This document shows positions 36,516-44,265 of a DNA stretch of 64,000 bases, piece by piece (the stretch's first letter is position 1; each line of letters opens with the position of its first letter). The notes under the pieces are model-generated. The model saw only the letters and a list, made by a program, of their open reading frames with translations. It was not told the origin of the DNA and did not search any database. Source of the DNA: Candidatus Latescibacterota bacterium (GTDB taxonomy: Bacteria; Latescibacterota; UBA2968; UBA8231); contig CBDCDC010000002.1 of the NCBI GenBank assembly GCA_965215195.1, positions 3,296,001-3,360,000 of the forward strand. The letters are read 5' to 3'. The position numbers were made by a program, and so were the translations under genes.

Positions 36516-37750
36516 TGGACCTCCAAGCCGCGCAGCATAAACTCGGCGTACGTGCGGGCCGTCAACACCAAGTCGCGCACCCGTACGCGCTCATCCACTC
36601 CGTGAATGCGCTCGCCTTTTACGCCATAGCCAATGCCGGGCAGGCCGCCGGCAACCGCAAAGTAGTGCAAATCCGTAAAACCAGAGCTGAGCCGATAGCC
36701 AGCGGCGCGGCGGCGCACGGCTTGCACGGCCCGCGCAAAGGCCCGGGGCAGCGCGTGATCGGCATCGACGACGCAAGGCTCGATCCGCAAAGGCGCTGCC
36801 ACTTGGCAGGGTGAACCAGCGGCTTGCACCACCGCGCGTCTCAGCTCGCGCTCGACTGCCGCGAGCTGCTCGCCGGGCACTAAGCGGCGGTCGAGCGAAA
36901 AGCGGGCGCGGGCGGGCACGGTGTTGATTTTATCGCCCGCCCCGCCCGAGAACGTGCCGCCGATGTTGAGCGTAGGGTTGCGCACCTCGCCGTCAAAATC
37001 CACATAGCGGAGCTCGGCCGCGTTGAGTTGCGCCTTGTAGGCTTGTAGCTTTTGCACCACATCCGCCATGGCTTCAAACGCATTGACCCCCTGCTCGGGC
37101 CTAGAGGCGTGAGCGGCCTTGCCCGTCAGCTCGACCTCTAACCAGAGTACGCCGTTGTGGCCGCAGCCGACCTGCGTCCCGGCTGCCCCCTCGCAGACGA
37201 CCGCGAAGTCGGCGTTTACCAGCCCCTTGTTTACAATCCATCCCGCGCCCAATTGGCCGCCGGTTTCTTCGTCGGCCGTGAAAGAACATTCGATGTTGAA
37301 AGCCGGCTCAGCCCCCGTTGCCTTGAGCGCCTCCACGGCCATCAGCAACGCGGCGATCGCGCCTTTCATATCGCCAGCACCGCGGCCGTAGAGCGCACCA
37401 GCGGACAGGCCCGGCTCGAAAGGGTCGCCGAATTTCCACTGCCCGGCGCAGGGCACCACGTCGTAGTGGGCATTGAAATGCGCGGTCTGCGGCCGGCCGA
37501 CGTCCCAGCGAGCGATCAGGTTGTAGCGCGGGAACTCGACCGAGCCGAGCACGCGGCGCACCTCTTGGTCGGGGACGCGGTGGACTTTGGCCCGCAGGCC
37601 CAAGCCCTGACAGCACTCCAAGAGCGCGTCGGCCATCGCTCGGTAGTTCCGTCCCGGCGGATTGACCGTATTCACGCGCACTAGCGCCTGCGCACTGTCG
37701 AGCAATTGCTCTTGGTGCTCTTCGACGTATTGGTGGACCCTAGACTTCAC
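36512..37750 (-). CDS. M20 metallopeptidase (ArgE/DapE family)
   Basis: TVNPPG, FNAHYDVVP, YGRGAGDMKG, DEETGG, AHAS, GFTD, IHGVDE; GTG start after AGGAG. Confidence 0.9.
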   Translation of the reverse strand: MKSRVHQYVEEHQEQLLDSAQALVRVNTVNPPGRNYRAMADALLECCQGLGLRAKVHRVPDQEVRRVLGSVEFPRYNLIARWDVGRPQTAHFNAHYDVVPCAGQWKFGDPFEPGLSAGALYGRGAGDMKGAIAALLMAVEALKATGAEPAFNIECSFTADEETGGQLGAGWIVNKGLVNADFAVVCEGAAGTQVGCGHNGVLWLEVELTGKAAHASRPEQGVNAFEAMADVVQKLQAYKAQLNAAELRYVDFDGEVRNPTLNIGGTFSGGAGDKINTVPARARFSLDRRLVPGEQLAAVERELRRAVVQAAGSPCQVAAPLRIEPCVVDADHALPRAFARAVQAVRRRAAGYRLSSGFTDLHYFAVAGGLPGIGYGVKGERIHGVDERVRVRDLVLTARTYAEFMLRGLEVQ

Positions 37751-37761
37751 AAGCGCTCCTC

Positions 37762-39243
37762 TCAGAACGTGGTCTCCTTGGTCGTTATGGGGCACCAACG
37801 CGCCGCCGTCAAATGGTGCAGCAATACGCCTTGGGCCTCGGGCGTACCAATCTGTTGCAGGGCGGCCGTGCTGTGCCCTTGGACGTAGCGATTCTCGTCG
37901 CTGAGGGCCGCGGCCAACGCGTCTGTGGCGGCCGCAGCCGCCGGACCAAAGTGGGCCAGCGCATAGGCGGCGTTGAAGCGCACCTGCTCGTCCTCGTCCG
38001 CCAGCAGCGCGGCCAGCGCGGGCACGGCTTCCTCTCGATGCAGTTCAATGGTTCCGAGGGCCTCGGCTGCGTTGCGCCGCACCCATGCATCCGGGTCGCT
38101 GCATAGCGCACACAGGGCGGCCGCAGCCGCAGCACCCGCCCGCGCCCCCATGTCGCCCAGCGCGTATGCGGCAAAACCCCGCACGTGGGTGCGCTCATCG
38201 CCGAGGGCCGCGATCAAGGCGGGCACGGCCACCTCCCCGACCACACCGAGCGCATAGGCCGCGTGTTCGCGCACGGGTTCGCGCTCGTCGTCGAGGGCTG
38301 CAAGCAACGGACCTACTGCGGCCGCCCCCACAGCACCGAGTGCATAGGCGGCGTTGAGGCACACCGGCTCGGCCTCGTCGCCTAGCGCACCGAGCAGCGC
38401 GTCCAGTGCAGGAGCGGCCTTTTCCCTCAACGCGCCAAGGGCATTGGTCGCGGCGAGGCGTTGTGCCAATGTCCCTTTCAGCGACTCGATCAGTTGCTCG
38501 ATTTGCCCGTTGGCCTCGGCGCGACTTTGGCTGCCCGCGTGCCAATCCCATATCCGCGACCACACGACTCGGTGCTTGGTGGAGGGCAGCGAGCCGTTGG
38601 CCGGCCACTCTGCGCTCTGGATATTCCAACTGGGCCGACTCGGCTCGCCGAGGCGGGTGAACTGGAACTTCATCATGTAGCGATTGGCGTCCGTGCTATT
38701 GGCCATGGCCCGGTGCCACAAGTCAAAATGCACCAAGGTACAGGTGCCGGCTTCGCCGCAGACTGGCAAGTGGCGCTCGTCCTTCTCGTCGGCTGCGCGG
38801 TCGTTGTAGTAATGCGTACCGGGCATGACCGCGGTGGGGCCGTTTTCCAAGGTGACGTCTTGTGGGTAGTAGAAGATCATCACCCAGCGATTGCGGTGGT
38901 AGCGCACCTTGCGATAGCCCCAATAGCTGTCCTTGTGCCAGCCGCCGCCTTGGCTGCCGGGCCGATTGATGTGGCAGTGGCGGTGGACGTGCATGATGGA
39001 ATCCGGCCCTACCACCGACGCGAGCGCACCGCGTATAACTGGATCGTCAAAGACCTGTTGCAAGGCCGGGATGCGAGGCAGGATGTTGTTGCCGGGATTG
39101 CCCTCCTTGGCAAAGACCTCTTCGGTGCGCTGGTAGATGTCTTGGTGGAGGGAAACGGGCAAAGAGGATTTGAGCGTGAGATAGCCCTCGGCAATGAACT
39201 GCTGCATCTCCTCGTCGCCGAGGAGGTACTGAGGGTCTAACAT
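37762..39243 (-). CDS. Phytanoyl-CoA dioxygenase (Fe/2OG) fused to HEAT repeats
   Basis: FIAEGY, WHKD (HxD), YYPQDVT..NGPT.V.PGTH, HFDLWHRA..N, then several V...AA.ALG repeats. Confidence 0.88.
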   Translation of the reverse strand: MLDPQYLLGDEEMQQFIAEGYLTLKSSLPVSLHQDIYQRTEEVFAKEGNPGNNILPRIPALQQVFDDPVIRGALASVVGPDSIMHVHRHCHINRPGSQGGGWHKDSYWGYRKVRYHRNRWVMIFYYPQDVTLENGPTAVMPGTHYYNDRAADEKDERHLPVCGEAGTCTLVHFDLWHRAMANSTDANRYMMKFQFTRLGEPSRPSWNIQSAEWPANGSLPSTKHRVVWSRIWDWHAGSQSRAEANGQIEQLIESLKGTLAQRLAATNALGALREKAAPALDALLGALGDEAEPVCLNAAYALGAVGAAAVGPLLAALDDEREPVREHAAYALGVVGEVAVPALIAALGDERTHVRGFAAYALGDMGARAGAAAAAALCALCSDPDAWVRRNAAEALGTIELHREEAVPALAALLADEDEQVRFNAAYALAHFGPAAAAATDALAAALSDENRYVQGHSTAALQQIGTPEAQGVLLHHLTAARWCPITTKETTF

Positions 39244-39317
39244 GAGAAGTCTCCTGAGATAGGGAACAAGGGCGAGTTCGGCCCAGAAAGTATCGCTGGA
39301 GGCCGGGTAGGGCAATC

Positions 39318-39896
39318 CTAAGCTAAGGGCCGCGCGGTCCCCCATTGGGGCAGCTTATTCAACAGGTGGCGCAGGGCCGCCTCTAAGGTCATCTCGTCCA
39401 TGTCCAGCGTCACGTGGGCTTGGTCAAAGCCGCCTTGGCGCTCGGCCAACAGCGGCCTCAGTTGCGCCGTACTTGCGGGCGGTTGCCGCAGCAGCGGATG
39501 CGGCCCTAGGGCTTGGTGGCGCAGCTTCCAATAGGTGCTGGCCAGCGACGATTTGAGGTACACCAAGGTCGCTTTGGCCAGTACCTGCCGGAGGTTGGCT
39601 TTTCTGAGCAGCGCCCCATCGCCCAAGACGACGATCCCGGGCGGACGAGCGGCCAGTGCTTGGGCGAGAAAGCGATCCTCCAATTGGCGCAGAGCGGCTA
39701 TGCCTTGCGTCTGCACGAGGGCGACCAAGGACTGGCCGGCCTCGTGTTCGATCCAGCGATCCACTTCAATGAGAGGCAGGCCGCTCAAGGCGGCCAAGTC
39801 GCGGCCCAAGCCGTGTTGGTCAACGCCTAAGAAGCCAATGAGGGCCACCGGACGCGGCAACAGGACCAGCGGCATAGGCTCGTAGTAATTGGACAA
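39318..39896 (-). CDS. Shikimate kinase-like protein with degenerate Walker A
   Basis: LIGFLGVDQHGLGR, D..IE..AG, LRQLE, LGDG, VYLK, LAER. Confidence 0.65.
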   Translation of the reverse strand: MSNYYEPMPLVLLPRPVALIGFLGVDQHGLGRDLAALSGLPLIEVDRWIEHEAGQSLVALVQTQGIAALRQLEDRFLAQALAARPPGIVVLGDGALLRKANLRQVLAKATLVYLKSSLASTYWKLRHQALGPHPLLRQPPASTAQLRPLLAERQGGFDQAHVTLDMDEMTLEAALRHLLNKLPQWGTARPLA

Positions 39897-40144
39897 GGCG
39901 TTCAGCGGCTGTCTGGGCTGTGCCTGATACTACAGGCATCATCGGCGTGGCTTTGAGCCAAGGCGTCTTGGACAATTGAGGTCGGATCGCTCATGGCCTA
40001 TCTCCTAAACCTAAAATAGCTAAGTACCCGACCCCTCCTGTGGGTGCGTTCGTGCTTGATGGTAAGACGCCCTTGAATGCGAATGCGTTATCAATTCTTT
40101 TAATCATACTATTAATTTTATTGAGTTATATAGCCGTAAAATTG

Positions 40145-40220
40145 GCGGGCAGACTGCCCGCGCACCCGGCGGAAACCCTTTGGCTGAGCTCAGGTCGAAG
40201 CCTTAGTGTCGTGTACTAAG
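40145..40220. repeat. REP-like palindromes
   Basis: GCGGGCAG-A-CTGCCCGC, GGCTGAGCTCAGGTCGAAGCC, and the 23-bp element shared with 15629-15651. Confidence 0.55.
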
Positions 40221-40368
40221 CTAAATAGTTAAAAGTCAAGCAGTTCCCGCTCTCGCCGGCACGTTCCAAATTAAACCGAGAATCTTTGCTGTATCAAGGC
40301 CGGATCGGGCGGATCGGCGTTGTCGCGGCAACGGCTAGATACAAGCTGTTTTCTTTGTATTTTTCTTC

Positions 40369-40397
40369 TTGACAACTAAACATTTGTTCAGTATTAT
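40369..40397 (+). promoter_or_regulatory. Near-consensus sigma70 promoter with an operator-like palindrome in the spacer
   Basis: TTGACA-N17-TATTAT; overlapping imperfect palindrome ACTAAACA-TT-TGTTCAGT. Confidence 0.7.
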
Positions 40398-40656
40398 TGT
40401 TCGGGAAAGGAACCGGCTGAGGCAAACGCCTATTGCCGATATTGCCGAGTATTGCCGAGCCGGCATGGGAGAGAGAACTTATCCCCTAGCCCCCTTCCTG
40501 CCTCGGCGCGTCAGGCGTTGGAGGCGGCCATGAAACAGGGGCCCTTTAAGAAGCCCGCTTGGATTTAAAGTATCGTCCGCCTTGGGTGAGGCAAAATCGC
40601 TAACTTGCCCAACTTTCCGTTCACTTCAATCATTATTATAAATAAAAAAAAATCCT

Positions 40657-41532
40657 GTGCTCAACCGCCAGAAAGTCCTCTTATTCATGATCGATAGACT
40701 CGGTGGCTCAGTTGACCGATTGCAGCTCACCAAGCTGTGTTTTCTGCTCTCTCGAGAAGCTCCCCATTGCGGTGGAGGCTCCTTCTACCAGTTCGTTCCT
40801 TATAAGTACGGTCCCTTTTCATTTACGCTCTACTACGAAGTAGGATCTCTAGTGCGAGATGGACTGCTCAGCGAACCTGACCCTCGTCGATGGATGCTCA
40901 CGCCAATGGCCAGAAAGACGCTCGCAGGGCTACCCAATCTTCTTGGGACAGACGTCTTGTGGACTGTGGAACAGTATGGAAGGATCTCCTCTTGTGATCT
41001 ACCTGATTTGGTCTATTGGAAATATCCTTGGTTTACCATAAATAGCCAAGATGTTTCAAAGCGTCTTGAGGAACAACCTGTTGTTGATCCCGCCGTGTAC
41101 ACCATCGGATACGAAAAATTGCTCGTCGATGGTTTTTTGAACCATCTCCTGAGAGCCGGAATCCAGACTCTCATAGACGTTCGAGAGAACGCTGTCTCTC
41201 GGCAATACGGCTATCATAGATCTACTCTGAGCAGACTGTGCAGTGGGCTCGCTATCGAGTATCGTCATTACCCAGAACTGGGTGTGCCCAGCAATCATCG
41301 GGCGAACCTGCAGACGCTAGAGGACTATGAGGATCTTTTTCATCTCTATAAGGAAGAAATGCTGCTCCAGCGAATCATCACCTTGAAGGAGGTGACTACG
41401 CTTATAAAAAGAAAGCCGGGTGCATTGATGTGCATGGAGGCGAATCCTACTTTATGCCACAGGTCCATACTGGCGGAGAGGATTGCTCAACAAAACTCTC
41501 TGCCTACCGTCCATCTGGGATGGCCGCGCTGA
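40657..41532 (+). CDS. DUF488 family protein with N-terminal SocA/Panacea-like helical domain
   Basis: QLTKLCFL, FVPYKYGPFS (N-terminal); YTIGYE, LIDVR, Y.H.PELG, LMCMEANPTLCHR (DUF488 CxE..CHR motif). Confidence 0.8.
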   Translation: MLNRQKVLLFMIDRLGGSVDRLQLTKLCFLLSREAPHCGGGSFYQFVPYKYGPFSFTLYYEVGSLVRDGLLSEPDPRRWMLTPMARKTLAGLPNLLGTDVLWTVEQYGRISSCDLPDLVYWKYPWFTINSQDVSKRLEEQPVVDPAVYTIGYEKLLVDGFLNHLLRAGIQTLIDVRENAVSRQYGYHRSTLSRLCSGLAIEYRHYPELGVPSNHRANLQTLEDYEDLFHLYKEEMLLQRIITLKEVTTLIKRKPGALMCMEANPTLCHRSILAERIAQQNSLPTVHLGWPR

Positions 41533-41541
41533 AGGTCCATC

Positions 41542-42306
41542 ATGGAGCGGACTAAAGAGTACAGAGAAATCGTCTGTACCGCCGGTCTCACGAAAACAGG
41601 AGAGTGGGTACGCCTCTATCCCATCAACCATAGAGACCTTCCGCAATACCAGAAGTTCAGAAAATTTCAATGGATTGAGGTGGGCTTAGATGCACAAGGC
41701 AGTGGAAATGACAGCCGCAGAGAAAGCCGAAGGCCAGATGTGAATTCGATTCGGATCTGTGGATTGCCTCTCCGTCCGGAAAGTAGATGGAAGGAGAGGC
41801 GGAAGATAATCGACTCGCTCCCCCACCATACCCTGAATCAGTTGATGGATCTGTATGAGAAAGATAAAACTTCGCTGGGAATAGTCAGACCTACCCGAGT
41901 GATTGATATCGAAATCGAAGACGACAGTACAGACTGGGATCCGAAATACCAAGCGACATTCGATCAGCTCAATCTATTCGCCGAAGATGATCGAAAACTG
42001 ACTCTGAGAAAAATTCCCTACAAATTCAGCTATGTTTTCGAGTGCGAAGACACCGATAAACCTCATCGTGCGAAGATCACTGATTGGGAGTTGGGGGTAC
42101 TCTGGCTAAAAGAGGCAAAACGGCTAGGCGAAGACGGCAAAGCTGCTGAAAGTGTTCGAGATAAATTCCTGAAGGAACTCTGCTCTCCAGTGAAAGATAC
42201 GCGCTTTTTCATGGGCACAGTTTTTCCATATAATAGTTGGATCGTGGTAGGAGTTTTCTGGCCGCCGAAAGAAGACGCATCCCAATTAGAGTTCGCACTG
42301 AATTAG
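41542..42306 (+). CDS. Conserved hypothetical protein (VCTAG..WVRLYP family), DUF488 partner
   Basis: EIVCTAG..GEWVRLYP, DSRRES, SLGIVRP, KIPYKFSY.F.C, DWE, FFMGT, GVFWPP. Confidence 0.7.
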   Translation: MERTKEYREIVCTAGLTKTGEWVRLYPINHRDLPQYQKFRKFQWIEVGLDAQGSGNDSRRESRRPDVNSIRICGLPLRPESRWKERRKIIDSLPHHTLNQLMDLYEKDKTSLGIVRPTRVIDIEIEDDSTDWDPKYQATFDQLNLFAEDDRKLTLRKIPYKFSYVFECEDTDKPHRAKITDWELGVLWLKEAKRLGEDGKAAESVRDKFLKELCSPVKDTRFFMGTVFPYNSWIVVGVFWPPKEDASQLEFALN

Positions 42307-42321
42307 GACTGAAATGTAACC

Positions 42322-44265
42322 ATGGCTACAAAACCGACAAAATCCAAAGAATCCGTGGCAGCAACCTCCCCGAACTTCGTGGAAGATCGCATCGAGCGAC
42401 TCAGAGCCTTGTTTCCAGAGGCCGTCAGCGAGGGTGAGGTCGATTTTGAAAAACTCCGCCAGTCCTTGGGCGAGATCGCAGACGACCGGCTCGAGCGATA
42501 CGCATTCACTTGGGCAGGTAAGAAAGACGCGATTCGACTCCTGCAGACCCCGAGCCGTGCGACGTTGATTCCGGCACCAGAGGAATCCGTCGACTTCGCC
42601 GCGACCCAGCACCTCTTTCTCGAGGGCGACAACCTCGAAGTCCTCAAACTCCTGTACAAGTGCTATGCCGGCCGGGTGAAGATGATCTACATTGACCCAC
42701 CATACAACACAGGCAAGGACTTCGTATATCCCGACAACTTCGCCGATCCGCTGGACACCTATCTCAAGATCACGGGCCAGAAGGACGATAATGGCAATCA
42801 CCTTTCGAGCAACTTGGAGACCAATGGGCACTATCATTCGGCATGGCTCAATATGATGTATCCCCGGCTTTTCGTCGCCCGTCAGTTGCTCAGTGAAGAG
42901 GGTGTTATATTCGTATCGATTGATGATCGTGAACTAGCAAACTTACGACTGTTAATGAACGAAATTTTTGGAGAAGAGAATTTCGTATCGGAACTGGTGT
43001 GGAATCTTGGCACGGGGACAGAGGCCGGTCACTTTACTAGATCACATGAATACATCCTTGTATATGCAAGAAGTAAGCCTGCTTTACCCTATTTTCCGAC
43101 AATTGACCGTACGCCAATTAAACATGGTGCACTTAAAAAGATCTCTCGTGCAAACCCTGCAAGCGAGATCACTTTTCCAGCAGGAATGGGCTTCGAAGGC
43201 AAAGATGCTACATTTTTTGGGGAACTTGGAGGGTCTGAGAAACAGATAATCGTAAGTGATAAGATGATATTTGAAAACGGAAAGCTCAAGATGCCTGTGA
43301 CTTTAAGAGCTGGTTGGGCCATGAAGAACCAGATACTATCGTGGCTCTCGGATGAGGAAACCTTTGATAGCAAAGGGCAAAAAGTCAAACAATTCTACTT
43401 CAATTCTCAGGGAATTCTTTGGTACGAAAAAGAAAGAGGGACCAAGCATCCCAAAACAGTTATAAACAACATTGCGAAAACAAAGGATGGGACAAATGAA
43501 ATGAAGTCATTTTTTGGGCAGAGCTTGGTCGATTATCCTAAACCGGTTGAATTGGTCAAGTTTTTAATTAGCCTAAATACTCAAAGCAATGATATCGTCT
43601 TCGACTTCTTTGCTGGTTCGAGCACGACCGCTCAAGCCGTACTCGATCTCAACCGCGAGGATGGCGGCAATCGGCGTTTTATTATGGTGCAACTTCCAGA
43701 GCCAACTAAAGAGAAGTCGTCCGCCAAAAAGGCCGGCTTTGACACCATTGCTGATATCGGCAAAGAGCGCATTCGCCGCGTCATCAACAGGATGAATGAC
43801 GAGAAGAATGGCGAACTTCCGCTCCAAGACCACCCAACTCCGGAGGATCTCGGCTTCAAGGTCTTTAAGCTAGCCGAAAGCAACTACCGTCAGTGGACCG
43901 GGGTGGAAGAGAAAGACCCTAAAAAATACATCCAGACGTTGGAACTATTCGAGGATCCGCTTCTGCCGGGCTGGGAGGCAGAAAATGTGCGGTACGAAGT
44001 CGCCCTCAAGGAAGGCTACAGCCTCAACGCCGGGATTGAGGAACTCACGGAAATCAAGACCAATACCATTCACCGCGTTATGGATGCAGAAAAAGATCAG
44101 TTCTTCTATATTTGTCTCGATCCCAAGTTCGAACTCCAAACCGTCAAGACGCTGGAAGTGAAACTGGGATTGGAACTTGACGACCTGCTCATTGTCCGCG
44201 ATGTTGCCCTCACGGATGAACTGGCGAACAATATCGTGCAGTACTGTCGGCTCAAGGTCATATGA
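42322..44265 (+). CDS. mod: Type III RM methyltransferase subunit Mod
   Basis: W.GK, EGDNLEVLKLL, MIYIDPPYNTG, WLNMMYPRL, YPKPV, DFFAGSSTT, RRFIMVQL, GKERI. Confidence 0.93.
   Translation: MATKPTKSKESVAATSPNFVEDRIERLRALFPEAVSEGEVDFEKLRQSLGEIADDRLERYAFTWAGKKDAIRLLQTPSRATLIPAPEESVDFAATQHLFLEGDNLEVLKLLYKCYAGRVKMIYIDPPYNTGKDFVYPDNFADPLDTYLKITGQKDDNGNHLSSNLETNGHYHSAWLNMMYPRLFVARQLLSEEGVIFVSIDDRELANLRLLMNEIFGEENFVSELVWNLGTGTEAGHFTRSHEYILVYARSKPALPYFPTIDRTPIKHGALKKISRANPASEITFPAGMGFEGKDATFFGELGGSEKQIIVSDKMIFENGKLKMPVTLRAGWAMKNQILSWLSDEETFDSKGQKVKQFYFNSQGILWYEKERGTKHPKTVINNIAKTKDGTNEMKSFFGQSLVDYPKPVELVKFLISLNTQSNDIVFDFFAGSSTTAQAVLDLNREDGGNRRFIMVQLPEPTKEKSSAKKAGFDTIADIGKERIRRVINRMNDEKNGELPLQDHPTPEDLGFKVFKLAESNYRQWTGVEEKDPKKYIQTLELFEDPLLPGWEAENVRYEVALKEGYSLNAGIEELTEIKTNTIHRVMDAEKDQFFYICLDPKFELQTVKTLEVKLGLELDDLLIVRDVALTDELANNIVQYCRLKVI

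Noticed and set aside
42322-44265. Phase-variable mod (phasevarion)
   Set aside because: No simple-sequence repeat tract was seen in the gene. The A9 run at 40644-40652 lies upstream of a different gene and alone is weak evidence.
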